Positions 26,194 to 39,289 of a stretch of DNA of 64,000 bases are shown here, piece after piece. The DNA comes from Phoronis australis (taxonomy: Eukaryota > Animalia > Phoronida): the NCBI GenBank assembly GCA_002633005.1, contig NMRA01000179.1, positions 341,954 to 405,953 of the forward strand, read 5' to 3'. Position numbers and translations under genes: made by a program. Position 1 is the first letter of the stretch; the number at the start of each line of letters is the position of its first letter. Under the pieces are notes generated by a model, which worked only from the letters and a program-made list of their open reading frames with translations, made no database searches and was not told the DNA's origin.

Positions 26194-27176
26194 CTGAAAT
26201 GTAATCGTAAACACTGCTAGTGATCAAGTTATGAACACTGTAGATTATGTACAAATTATGAACAGTGCAGATTATGATGCATGCAATTAGGATGATTCCA
26301 CCTAAGGTACTGCTGTCCTTTTTCAAGTGCATTGTGGGACGATTGTTGTGTCGGTGAATCACTGATAACTCGGTGGCCTGTAAACACTATGAAGTGGAGA
26401 ACGACAGTTGTCACTTGAGCACATCAGAATTGAAAGCATACTTCCACTTTAATATTTTTTTGTGCAACTGCACCAGTTGCTATCATTACTACACAAAAAT
26501 AAGATTGAAAGCGAGGCTTCAAAACATATCGAAGAAATGCACAACAAAATCTTTCGCGCAAAATATTCTCGAGGCGTGTCCCATCCAATCACGGTGAAGC
26601 TAAATCTTACCATCAAAAAGCATGGATCGCAAATTATAAATCAAACCTACATTCCATAGACCACAATATGCATGGAAACGGAAATCTTTAAGACATGATT
26701 ACATCATTGTCTTGGCTTTACAAAAAGAAAGCCCAAAACAGACCTGCGATGATAACGGATGTTTACAAGCTTAATAACCCTCCAACAATGCATTTAACAA
26801 AATCCCTCAATTACATTATAATTCAAAAATTAATTTCTTTCTACTGGGCTCCTCAGTGGCCAACTATAACTTGCCAACAATCTAATTTTCATCACCCTAG
26901 CTCTCCAAAAGAGCCATCAAGTACAGGTTAGGCAAGATTTCCATTATAGTGTTTAGTACAATGTCTTCTGTCCGGACAAATGAACAGCCAAGAGTCTGTA
27001 GAGTTTGCGTTTTAGGATGCCAAGAATCATACCATCTCAAAGTATGTCTGATTACAGGTAAGTAACTGCGAAGGAAAAGTTCAGCTTGACAGCTAACTGT
27101 TGGTAACTCCTTGACTAATGTAACTTGTCCAATTCTTTGAACATTGCAAGTGTTATCAATTAAGATGAGGGCAAAA

Positions 27177-27357
27177 TCAATTGGAGGAATACAACTAGGG
27201 TAGCAAATGAGTCAATTGGAGGAATACAACTAGGGTAGCAAATGAGTCAATTGGAGGAATACAACTAGGGTAGCAAATGAGTCAATTGGAGGAATACAAC
27301 TAGGGTAGCAAATGAGTCAATTGGAGGAATACAACTAGGGTAGCAAATGAGTCAATT
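27177..27357. repeat. Perfect 35-bp minisatellite x5
   Basis: tcaattggaggaatacaactagggtagcaaatgag at 27177, 27212, 27247, 27282, 27317; no spacers. Confidence 0.97.
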
Positions 27358-27681
27358 TCGTAAAAAACACCAAAATCCTTGCTTTTCTCACTCAGGAACG
27401 ACATCACATAGATTTACTGCCATTCAATTGCATATTCATTTAGAGAAATCTTAAGGAAATATTTAATTTATTTAGTACATACACTAACAATTTGCAGTCA
27501 AAACTAATACTACTTTCTTTAGTTAAATAAAATAAATCCTGAAGAAAGCATCTTACAGCTGATAAACAAATTCTGTTATATATATAATACATGCCAAAGA
27601 ATATTTGTTTTCAACTAATTTTGTAGAGACGTAAGCTGGACATTCCCTTTGAACCTAGAATTGGAAGAGCGTGAAACTTAC

Positions 27682-27776
27682 CGAGACGTGTCAAAGAAGT
27701 CGGTCACATAGCCTTGTTCACCGGCACAGGCTGCGACGGCAAAGTTTGAAGAACCCGTATCTACCAGAATATTCAA
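27682..27776 (-). CDS. BACE1: Beta-secretase, coding exon 2 (first catalytic Asp, DTGS)
   Basis: LNILVDTGSSNFAVAA; tacag and gtaag borders. Confidence 0.97.
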
Positions 27777-27986
27777 CTGTAAAAACAATTAAAGACTACA
27801 ACAGCGTATGAAACCGTACCGTCACACATACGTAAATTACATGCCAAAAGTATTCAGTACAAAATGACCCAGAAATCCCCACCACGACGGCTGGGTGGAC
27901 AGACAATTGATGGACGGAGTAAACTTCCCATACAACCTAGAACGAAGAGGAATTACCAGGAAAGTTAGGTGGCTTAGTCATTTCGT

Positions 27987-28322
27987 AATTAGAACTTTGC
28001 TCCAATAGTTTTTACCCGTCATTTTTGTTGTTAAAACCCTTTAAGCCTTCATGACGGGAAACTAATACTTTTGTCTTGCATCATACGCACTGTGAACACA
28101 ATCTTTCCACAAGACCAGTAAAAACATATTTCTGGTTATGGGCAAAAGAATTAGAATTTTGCTCCAATGATAAAGTTTACCAGTCATTTTGTTGTTAAAA
28201 GCGTTGCGTTCATGCGAGGGAAAATGCATTTTGTCTGAATAATTTTGTCTTGTATCATGGTTACTGAAACCACAATCTCTCCAAAGGACCAGTAAAAACA
28301 CTTCTCTGGTTATGGGCAAAAG
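27987..28322. repeat. Diverged tandem duplication, ~165 bp x2
   Basis: Both units run aattagaa.tttgctccaat...gaccagtaaaaaca...tctggttatgggcaaaag. Confidence 0.85.
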
Positions 28323-29401
28323 GTTGTCGCCGACATTCTTTGGGTTTGTGCTATTACAAAGCACAAAGTTCATGAGAAAAGGTTAGATAACTTTCCATGA
28401 AAATATTCTGCAAAATTGTGTCCTGTGAGGAATTCTTGCGAAATTCTGTAATGTGTCTAAATTATCCCCCAAGTTGACATTGAAGTGCACATTAACAACC
28501 AATGGCACTGCTGTCATATTAGGGTTCAGTCAGTACATCAATGAAATAAGGACATTTTTAGCAAGTGAAAAAACAATTGCATTAGATTTGGAGTTTTTGC
28601 AATTGCACTGGACCACTTTCTAAGAACTGGTTCCCATAATAACAACGTATCGTGGTAAATGCTAGCCTTTGTGCAAATACACAAATTTGGATCAGTTTGG
28701 GTAAAATGTGAGCAAACTAAAATCATAAATAAATTTTTTATCCTTGAGTACACAAACTTGAATACCACACTGAAAACCAATGTTGTTAGTTCATTATTCT
28801 GCAGTTAAATTTGTGTCAACTTTGCCAGCACCATTAAATAGAGCACTATCTGTTGGCCAACTTCTGTTTTCACCAATTCTTCAATCCACGTAAATTTAAG
28901 CACAAATTACGAGAAATAGTTGCAGTTAGTAGTTTTGAATACTTTATTACCAGAGAACTTAAATTCTGAAGCAATCTTACTTCCAGTTTTCATCATCTCC
29001 CAAAAGAACCCACTTCACATATCAAACAAAATCAAGCAAATGGCACATGCATATGTCACTACCTGACTGTTTTGCAATTGCCATCTGACTTACTAAGCAT
29101 GAAACTGATGTTTAAGAACGGCATTAATCAAACTGCATTAACATTACAGTAATTGCATTAACATTACAGTAACAAACAAGGCAGGTGTCATATAAATGTG
29201 GGTGTTGTGAAAACTAACGGCATAATTAAGCACGCCACATTTTAATCAAGTTTCCTTGCGAGAGGACAGCAAATTGAGTTTGAGTAAACTGAAAAAGCAA
29301 GCTTCATTCGTACTCACAGCTTTTTACACCCACATTGTTTAGCTACATTTTAATGCTTTTCAATATACAGCTAGCAAGCTGGCTTATGTTTACCACCTTA
29401 C

Positions 29402-29665
29402 CTTCTGTGGAGGAGACCCTATGTTCACCTCGGTGTAGTACCCTTGACCTGGCTTGCCATGGAGTTCCACATCGTAGGACATATAGTGACCACTAGCGTC
29501 TATTGCCATGAACCCCCTTGGAACCACGGACTTGCCCATTAGTCCAGAGGCACGCTTCAGTGGCACCTTTAATGTTGTGCAGAGAGTGAGAGCCCCACAA
29601 ACAATGTTAACAACCAGCAGGAAAACTTTCAGCATCACAGGTGTTCTTGGTGCCATGATATGCAT
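29402..29665 (-). CDS. BACE1: Beta-secretase, coding exon 1 (signal peptide, propeptide)
   Basis: Hydrophobic leader, then LHGKPGQGYYTEVNIGSPPQK (BACE1 [21 protein letters not shown]); donor gtaagg; acceptor at 29799/29800 implies an upstream UTR exon. Start Met uncertain (29665, 29656 or later). BACE1 vs BACE2 cannot be assigned for an invertebrate gene. Confidence 0.92.
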
Positions 29666-32600
29666 GGAATGACCCCTAGTGTAAAGGGTAAAGACACATC
29701 CTTTTGGAGTTGTTAACCAGTCATTTTAGCCCCTCTTCTTGGCTCTTACGAGACTAAGATTCATCATGCTCCTAATGCAGCTTTGAGCCAATATGTTACC
29801 TGGAAACAAAACTTAGGCTAATCAGTTATGAGCCTGGGTTACACTCTCCTCACAATCAACTGACATATTTTCTAAACCCCTTCCCACCCTAAACCCCTTC
29901 CTTCCTTCAGTGGTGACATAAAATGGGAGTAATGTCTTTGGGAATAATTGTTTCACCAGCCCAATGACAAACTGTTGTCAGTACCTGCACTTAATTCAAC
30001 AGATTGAAATCAGTGAATCAGGAACTTCCAGGAAGATTTAAAGAAAGGGTAAAACCACCAATTTAAGATACAATATGTCCGACAAGTGAAATTCTATATT
30101 TTCATTTTTTAAGCAGCACCAAATAAATGCTGTTCTATTTTAAAGACTTATGCCACACCTGCCTTCAGACAAAATGATAATTCTGAGAAACTGTAGACAT
30201 TCAAAAATGAAAAGATCAATTTGGCAATTGTGGTTAGTAAACTTAAAACAGTCCTCAGTGGATGCCTAAGTCAGCAAAGCTCTCCTCAGTAGGAACCCGT
30301 CTGTTACCCTTCAAGGCAACATCTGACATCAGCTGCTGTTTCTATAACCCCCCTGTATTTTGTGAATTCCGCAGGTATATTATGTTATGGATGGTCGGCC
30401 ACCAGTGAATTTACAGATACCGATCCAGCAACAGACATATTCTTTTTGTCCCACTTTTAGATGGATCTGACTCGAAAACATTAAAAATGGCCACTACATG
30501 TAGATGGCACAGGATGTATTGAATCCATCCAAAAACGAACAGGCGGTATCATCTCTCTAATAGATTCATACCTATTTGCCAGTTCCATGAAGATCATTCT
30601 GTAAAGGAACCATGAAGATACAGAGGCAAACGTAAAACATAACAACACTACTAAAGGACACAATGGTAGCCGGACCCATCCAAAAATTCGCTTGTCATCC
30701 CATCCATGACAGGAACAAGTCTGCCAAATTTTATGAACACGCATCCTGGGGTTTTGGAGCCATAGCACCGGATGCTGCGCGAGCAGGTAAGGATGACATG
30801 TGGGCACACAAAAAAAGTTCAGGTGAGGACTAAAACAATAGCATGGAAAGGATTTCTGGAACAACTAAAATAATCATTAAACACCGTTTTACTAGCTTTG
30901 CCTTCAAGTAATGTGAAAATGTCATCAATAACAATTTTGAGCAACGATTATTATAATTTCAGCAAAGAAGCTAGCTTTAACAAATAAAAATGGCACTTTC
31001 ACAATTATTTTAATTTGTAATAAATTGGAGAAATTTTACCTTTACTAAAATCAGCAATAAAGTGCTTAGGGCAAAATCAAGACAACTGTGTTCAGCTGCC
31101 AATCTGCTTTGTCAATAAATCTAAATATTACAGCTTCTAATTGTCTTCAACAACTAAATTACTCATAAATTATATCAAAGCTGTACTGATCAATATATTG
31201 CAAGAATTTGTGTGTTCTTTTTTCAAAGCCCACCTGCAAAAATGGGTAAACCAGGGCCATTTTCCCCAATAGCTTGTGCTAAATTGAAATCCTGTCGATA
31301 GCTGCATGTAGAACTCTAACTTGTAGTGAATGAAAAAACACTTAAGAAACACCTGTTTAATTTTTCATACAGGCAGGTGTATGGGTGCACAGCGTGATAT
31401 TTTTCTTCTGCACTTACTGTATACATGACTAAATGTTTTTCTTATCAAAAGTTAAATGTACTGTACATAATCACCTATTCCTGTTGCAAGCACAACATTC
31501 GCCAATTGCTGCTTTTCATCAGGAGGGTTACAATTATTTTCCCCATGATAAATACTGCACAAGACAAAATGGCCACAAAACAAGTACACTGGACATGGGT
31601 GTCATCTGGCTTTAATTCTCAGTCAGCAGCGTAAAACAAATTTAGATTTAACAAAATATTCTCTTCAGTATATGTATTTACCAACAGGTCTACAGCAAAA
31701 AGGAACAACTTCAATGAAGTCCATTTGTTAGATTCGATACTTAGATAAATATGCACTTAAGTAAGTCTTGTTAATGTACATACATGTAAACTATGGAAAT
31801 AGTGGAGACTGTCATGAGAAATCCTACACGCACACTGTATAAACTTGAAATTTATTGAAATCAAATGGACGTTGGAATGCCGTGTAGTCACCGACGAATA
31901 AAAATATAAAATACTGGTAGTAAAACTAAACCGACGATCCATCTACATATACTCAGCAGTCTGTAGCACACACAATTGAAAAAGAGCGCATCGCTTGAAA
32001 CGTGGGAATATTTTAATATATTTTAGTACCGACGCTCATCGTTTTAGTTTTACTATTTTATAATTTATTGAACATGACTCAAAATGACTTTTCATAGTCA
32101 CAATGCCTAATCATTTATATGATAACAATGTTCAAGATTATTTCATCAGAGTTACTCATTGAATCATCAATATTTCCAGGCACAATAACTCATCTTTATT
32201 GAAGCAACACATCAGAAATTAAACATTTAACAACATTGGAAAAAGAAAACAATATATGGAAGATCATGCTATTAAACAGGTTATATCGGCGACCATGGAA
32301 TATGAGACTACCAGAGAAGTCAGTGAGATAAAGTAGGTCACACTGCTCTGGACATCTCATAAACCCACGCAAAATAATACCTAAGAACATACTCAAAAAC
32401 ATGTGATGTCCTCGCTACATATGGATATCAAACTACCTCCTCCCTCACTGACACGTGAATCATCAAATATCTCCTCAATTCCAGGCATGTGAAGCAAAAC
32501 TTGGACATTCATACAGGCCTTGGCATAGGCAATTAACGACAATATAGGACCTTGTTGATCCAATACCTACAATGCTTTAGCTTTTAACTTGATGAAGTAA

Positions 32601-32962
32601 ATGAATACTGAAAGCAGAAAACCTTGAAGAATTGGATTTTTTAAATTTTACTGATGTGCCTTTATTTGGGTCACATGACCATGTCCTTTTTGATAACCCC
32701 TCGTGCATAAGGGGTGCATTAACCATAGTATCTGAAAGTTTCGTATGATATTGATCAGCCATTTTGAGGTCTGCACAAATGTTTCGAAGTTACTCAAATT
32801 TGGACATTTTTCTAAAGTGCTCCATAGATTTAATAACTACATGTACAAGTCACACTGCAATATTTTAGCAACATATAACTCAAACCACAACACAACTGAC
32901 AATGTCAGGACTGTCAACATGTTGTTTCAAATGAATACCACAATCATTAATTGTAAGAACTT

Positions 32963-33520
32963 TCATTTCGGCTGGCAAAGATTCCTCGATTTCTGATGTC
33001 GCGATGCAGGTTTTTTGTTTTTGTTTTCCATCCTTTGGGTCCGTGATTGAAATGTTCCATTCTTTAAATCTTGCCTAAGCTCCATTAGGAGTTTCCCAAA
33101 CACATTTTGACCACCTTCACCATTCAATCCCGTCCCCCAGTATAAATCATCAACAGTATGCAATAAAGTTTTGTCACCAGTGTTCAACAGAGTTTCGCGA
33201 AAAATGTCAACTTGTACAGCCTTCTCCCCTAGTAGTTCTTTCATCAACTTTGCTCGTTGCCCAATCCACTTTCTGTCAGTAACAATCTGATGTGACAAAC
33301 GCTTTGCGTCAACAGCGAACTCCGCTTGCTCAATCACCGCCTCCAATTCAAAGTTTTTGTGGTGTTTGGCTTTTATGGCCTGATAGGCATGCTCGGTAGA
33401 TTTGTACTTCGTTTCTCTTACTTTTACGTCACACATGAAAAAATTCGACAAAACGTCACCGGCGCCTTGTACATTTCTATAGAGAATGTCAGAATCGCGA
33501 TCACTAGGGTCAGTTGACAT
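32963..33520 (-). CDS. NADAR (YbiA/DUF1768-like) N-glycosidase domain protein, 185 aa, CDS without introns
   Basis: LSNFF, STEHAYQAIKA, W..QR..LM.E.L..K, FRETLLNTGDK, DLYWGTG...GQNVFGKLLMELR are NADAR family motifs; splice acceptor tttcag 32 nt upstream of the ATG. Confidence 0.88.
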   Translation of the reverse strand: MSTDPSDRDSDILYRNVQGAGDVLSNFFMCDVKVRETKYKSTEHAYQAIKAKHHKNFELEAVIEQAEFAVDAKRLSHQIVTDRKWIGQRAKLMKELLGEKAVQVDIFRETLLNTGDKTLLHTVDDLYWGTGLNGEGGQNVFGKLLMELRQDLKNGTFQSRTQRMENKNKKPASRHQKSRNLCQPK

Positions 33521-34566
33521 TCTTCTTCTACCAGGTTAGTCTTGAACGATACCTGAAACGTCCAAGGTGTCAATCCTCAATCCTCGCATTGCTTCCCCAC
33601 ATAATCATTGTACATAATATCCCTTTAATGATAAGCTAACAGTATATATAGATACTTGAAATGTCTTAGTTTGTTTTACTCACAGAACACTTTACACTGT
33701 CAGGCATCAACACCAAGCAAACACAACTTGACAGAAAAACATCATGGGTGACTCAAACAAGGCTTTTGTATACCTGTTTATCCCATCACAAACTTTGTTG
33801 AGGACTACATGAAAGCAACACTTTGTTTAATTTAGTGCAACTTTCAGAATTTAAAAATGAGCATGATACACTAATTGTTGCCTGTCACTTATCATTGCAA
33901 ATAAAACAGTGTTGAAAGAAAGAAATTTGTCCCATCAAGTGTAAACAAAGCCAAAATAAGAGAAAGTTAAGTGTAGACAACAGTAGGTCTGTTACGACCC
34001 AAATAGGAATCTGATCCATTTTGGAATGACATCATGTTAACACAGGAAGTAGTTTCTGGCCCATATCGGAATGTGTGATCACTGACGTTGCATTGCTCTA
34101 AGTGAGTGGAGGTGGGCAGGATTGCTGTGTTTAATTCTTGAGATGGACGGTTTTTTATCCAAAATTTTGTGAGGTTCAATCAGGAATTCTATAATTCCAA
34201 AATTTGTGTACATTTCTATTCCGTTAAAAATTACTATTTTTGGATACTCGTGTTACTGGTGATTTTTCAATGTTTCCAACAGGCCTCTCAATTCTTGCTG
34301 GTTTTGACTTTTATCTGTACATGTTTTCTATTTTTACGATTCTTCAATCAGGTATGAGCATGCATCGTCAGCACATGGACAAGTATCATGCTGAAGCTGT
34401 GAAGTTTAAGAGCAGCCGGATCATCTCTTGACACTATAGACAAGATATCCAGTGTCGTTACTTGTCAGTGACCTCAATTTAAAATGGTTCAGCAATAAGA
34501 ACATCTGCCCATTGAATCCTCCAAATAATGAATGTCACTGACATCCTGGCTGTTCTCAGGGAAGGT

Positions 34567-35870
34567 AAAACAAGAGCAACGCAGAGCGTTGAAATTCGCC
34601 CACAATTGCACCGTATACGGTATCCTTCTAGGGTTGTTTATTGGTACCATAAAGTGGCCAGTAGAGGACATATATATGTAGTATGTTGTACTTTGCAAAA
34701 TGGAAAGGCATGTTCATTGTCTCCTCAACAGGCTTGGGGCAAAATGTGAGTGATCTTCATAATACAGGCACATCCTATACATCAGTTGCTTAAAGCACCA
34801 CAGAAACATAGAATTAAAAACAAATTTATCAACATACGAGATTAGCACAGCATTAGAATGCCAGAAACAAAATTCTACTCGGAACTTTTCCTTCATAGTC
34901 ACGAAGTAACACAAAGTATACACCTGAAAATGCAGAGGTCAATGTAAAATACTAAAATTGCCACTAGAGGCATACCGGTAGTCAGAATCATCCTAAAGTC
35001 GTCATCGTCCGTTGTCAACATCACATAAATACACTTGCTAAATTTAGTAAAGATCCTGCAATTGGTTTGGGAGATACAGCCATGGGCGCAAAAAAAAAAC
35101 TGCCACTAGGAGGCGCCACAGTAATCAAAGTCATGGGAAATTCAGCGTCAACCGTCCTCTTCATAGTAAGAACATACATACCAATTTTCACAATCATACT
35201 TAGAGCGGTTTGGTTTATAGAGGGGTGGATGCCAAAAAACAGACTCAAAAACAGTAAAAATGGCCACTGGGTGTCGCAAACTGGGTCAAATCCATCCGAA
35301 AACGGGAGGATAGCGTCATCGCACTAATAGGTGCCTACATACCAAATTTCATGAAAATCTGTTAAGGAAAAAGTTTGTGAAGATACAGAGGTAAACATAA
35401 AAAAATAAAATTGCCACTAGGGGGCACACTGGTAGGCGGATCCGTCCAAAAGTCGTCATCGTCTGTTGTTAACATCATATAAATACACTTATTAAATTTC
35501 GTAAAGATCCTGCGAACGGTTTAGGAGATACAGCCATAGGCGCAAAAAAAAAAAAACTGCCACTAGGAGGCGCCACAGTAGTCCAAGTCGTCTGAAAATC
35601 ATTGTCAGTTGTCCTCTTTACAGTAAGCACATACATGCCAATTTTCACAATCATCCTTTGCGCGGTTTGGTTGATACAGGGGTGGACGCAAAAATACAGA
35701 CTCGAAAACAGTAAAAATGGCCACTAGGTAGCGCAAACTATGTCGAATCCATCTGAAAACGGGAGGGTAGCGTCATCTCACTAATAGGTGCCTACATACC
35801 AAATTTCATGAAAATCCGTTCAGGACTTTTGAAGATACAAAGGTAAGCGTAAATATGAGGGCGCATAAAA
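34567..35870 (-). mobile_element. Helentron-associated (HINE/DINE-like) element, copy A, with ~455-bp internal tandem units
   Basis: Ends aaacaagagcaacgcagagcgttg... and ...gggcgcataaaa; reverse complement of copies B and C; unit repeats at 35101 and 35557. Confidence 0.75.
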
Positions 35871-36953
35871 ATTAGTTGGTAGAATTTAAGTTACTATCCG
35901 AGTAAATTTGCATTGACTTGTCCACTAACACTGATAAATTTATTACGCAGCCAAATGATTGAAACTGGGTTAATGACTTTGAATGGAGGCTCCATTCCTC
36001 ATCTAAGACCAGGCATGATTCAGTTGACTGGGAACCAAGGTAAAGACACATGCGTTCAGACATACCCCCCAAAAATACACCAATAACTATAAGCATTTAC
36101 TATTAATATTCAATAATTCAATTCAAATCATAAAAAATATTCCAACTTATCGGAATTCCGATACGAGAACGACCCAAATCAGAATATTGCAATTATTCCT
36201 TTAAGCTAAAAGAAGCATCTATTACTTTAACTGTTACTGTATCTCATCAGTTAGTGTAAATTATTCTGAAGGACTACATAGTCTGAAGGACCAGTATTCC
36301 GAAATATTTACAAAAGTTTGAGAACCACTCGTAGTCAACAGTCTGAAAGGCCATTGGTTCAAAGGGCAGATTGTTCAAACCTAGTAAACGATAACCTGAA
36401 AGGCCAATATTTGGAAAGTGACCTTTCTACTATTCAGATCACTGGGTAGCTTTTCAAATTATTTATCGTGCACCTTCGTGAGTTTCTTGGCTAGCAGTTG
36501 GATGGAAGCTTGATTGTTGTTTCCATCAGAACACCTGTTAATAATGATTACCAGTGGTTGGTTAATGAGTAGACAAGTTCACCATCATTATATTTAAAAC
36601 CCATATTTTTCTATAGGCCTAACCTAAACAATCATTAGTTATAGACTATTATTTAAGAAATTTGTTCACCAGGTTGGTTTACTCTCAGCCCTTCGGACTA
36701 TTGACCCATCGGACTAAAGTGTCTGTGGGGTTTTCATTTCGGACTAACGGTCTTTGGCATTTATCTTTGAAGTAATGTTCCTTCGGAATGTCTATATGAT
36801 GGAGCCTCGGAGGTAACCCCAATCAGACTCAGCGGTCTAGTACTGAATTTGGGACACGTCTATGACAATATATCACAATTACCACAGTACTTCGTCTGGA
36901 TATTCTGTTACGACGTCAACGAATTGTGAACTATCCAGCTATACTAACCTTAC

Positions 36954-37157
36954 CAAGGTAAACGGGGCTTAATTATCATTTCGAAGAAAATCGAAACTGC
37001 TTGTAACCCAGTTGTCGTCCTTGTTTGTTGAAATCTTCGGGGATCTCTGCGCTAAACCGGAAAGCGGAAGTGTAAACAGCTCCCTCTTTTAGTTGAATAT
37101 GGCGATATTTTGCAATTTCTCGTTTGCCTGAAAGTCAGAGATTTAGCAGTAAAGCAG
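36954..37157. promoter_or_regulatory. Putative bidirectional promoter with non-coding first exons of BACE (minus) and DNMBP (plus)
   Basis: Tandem ETS motifs ccggaaagcggaagtg (37057-37072), YY1-like aatatggcg (37096-37104), local CpG enrichment, outward-facing donors TTG|gtaagg (minus, 36954) and CAG|gtgagg (plus, 37157). Confidence 0.65.
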
Positions 37158-37989
37158 GTGAGGTGCAGTTGATTTCACCGTGACTTCAGCGTTGATATGC
37201 TTAGAAACATAGAACAAGGGACTTCCTGTACTTTGTTTTGAATACCCACTTGGAACAAATGGGTTATCTGGGGTTTATGGAATGTGACATAGGCCTACTA
37301 TGATTCATGCCGTATTCAATTTATCGTTTCAAATTCAATCGTAAAAAAGACGTAAAATAAAGTCCATTAAGGGCCAACCAGTCCATATTGGAATTCTGAT
37401 GCCGGAACGACTTGCGCCGGATTCAAATACTCGCTGGAACATGAATACAGGTGTGTATTTACATGACCAACCCCGTCGGCGTCGACTGTCTTGGGAGTTG
37501 TTGCATGGCCTCGGCCCTATACTGTACTATTATTCTACTTTTCTATTATGTTGGGTCTATACTAATTTAGATTCTCTACTATAATTAGAAATTGTGAAAT
37601 TTCCGGTCTATACTATCACTGTTGTCTCTACAACTATTCGAAACTCGAGAGTAGGCTACATAAATTTGGTCGTGTCCATGAAGTTCTGTTGGGTGTCACT
37701 TGTGCTTCCCTCGCCCTCGTTCTCGGCAAACGTCATTTTGAGGAGGTTTCGTGAAGTCATGCCAATTATCAAACAAAAAATTGCAAGTGATTTTAGCCTC
37801 CCAAGTTCCTCCAGAAGATGGCTTTTTCAACAACAAAACTTCCTGTGCTATCAGTCTAACGAGTGCGTATTGTAGTATTGTACATGGGTAAAAAAGTTTT
37901 AACGGCAACCCAAAAATGGAGTTAGTAGTCTTAATTGAGGTCATAAAGATTGCTGAAGAACGAAAATGATTTTATAACTGTCATTACTT

Positions 37990-39289
37990 ATTATGTGCCC
38001 ACATATTGATATGTGGTCGCATATTGCCATCATCTCTGTCTGGACATCCAGTGTCCCCCGTTTGCAGCTGTACCTCCTAAGCCCCCTACATGATCTTGAT
38101 GAGATTTCGGAAACTTGCTCATATGAAGCTGACAATGTATGATGACAAATTTCGGATCTCTCCGACTACAGGTATGCCCCCTAGTGGTAATTTTAGTTTT
38201 TTACACTTACCTCTGCATCTTCGGAAGTCCTCAACCGATTTTCATCAAATGTGGCAGTTATGCGTATATTAAACAGATGACGCTATCCTCCCATTTTCGG
38301 ATGGATTCAAGTTGTTTTACGCTACCTAGTGGCCATCTTTTACTGTTTACAAAAGTCTGTTTTTTGAAAATTGGAATATATGTTTTTACTGTGGAGAGGG
38401 TGGGTGACGATGATTTTTCGACTACTGTGGTGCCTCCTAGTGGCAGTTTTGTTTGTTTTTGCGCCCATGGCTGTATCTTCTAACTGCTCTACAGGATCTT
38501 TATTGAATTTTACTGCTGAATGTATATGAAATTGAAAGCAGAGTACGACAACGTTCGATTGGACCGGATTATCGGTGTGTGACCATATTTTTGTTTTTTA
38601 TGTTTACCTCTGTATCTTCAAAGATTCTCAACAGATTTTCATAAAATTTAGCAAATACTGTACTGAGTAGGCATCTATTGGTGAGGTGACGCTTTCCACT
38701 TGTTCTCGGTTGAATTCAAGATATTTTGTGCCACCTAGTGGCTATTTTTACTTTTTTTGAGTCTGTTTTTCGGCATCTGCCCTGCTGTCAACCAAACCAC
38801 TCTAAGGATGATTGTGGAAATTGGCATGTAAGTTCCTAATGTGAAGAGAAGGGCTGATGATTTTCCCACGAATTTGAGTACTGTGGCATCTCTTAGTGGC
38901 AGCTTTGTTTTTTTTTGTGCCCATAGCTGTATCTTCTAAACACTCTGCAGGATGTTTAGTTAAATTTTAGCAAATGTATTCATATGAAGGTGACAACGGA
39001 CAACAATGACTTTCAGACGTATCTGAGTATCGCTGTACCCCAATAGTGGCAATTTCATTTTTAACATTTTCCATTTTCCTTTGTTTCTCTGAAGCTCCTT
39101 TACAGATTTTTATGAAATTCAAAATAGTTTTGTATTAAAAAACGATGACATGTTCCCGTTTTCGGATGAATTCGACATATTTTGCGCTATTTAGTGGTCA
39201 TTTTTATGATATAAATAAACACCCCTAGAAGCACACCATTTACAACTGCATTCATGGGCGTATTTCAATGCTCTGCGTTGCTCTTGTTT
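37990..39289 (+). mobile_element. HINE-like element, copy B
   Basis: Starts ttatgtgcccac, ends atgggcgtat + hairpin caatgctctgcgttg + ctcttgttt; same internal units as A. Confidence 0.75.

Noticed and set aside
27177-27357. CRISPR-like 35-bp repeats
   Set aside because: Units are contiguous with no spacers, there are no cas genes, and the context is a eukaryotic intron.
30481-30864. 127-aa minus ORF ending in DSIHP, reminiscent of an SGNH DxxH motif possibly linked to NADAR
   Set aside because: No GDS block or other support; composition looks non-coding.
32391-32570. Short minus-strand open frame (VLDQQGPILSLIAYAKAC...) downstream of NADAR
   Set aside because: No recognisable homology, and the NADAR ORF already terminates at 32963.
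35021-38483. Short ORFs inside the HINE-like repeats
   Set aside because: Not conserved between repeat units; no Rep/helicase or transposase motifs.
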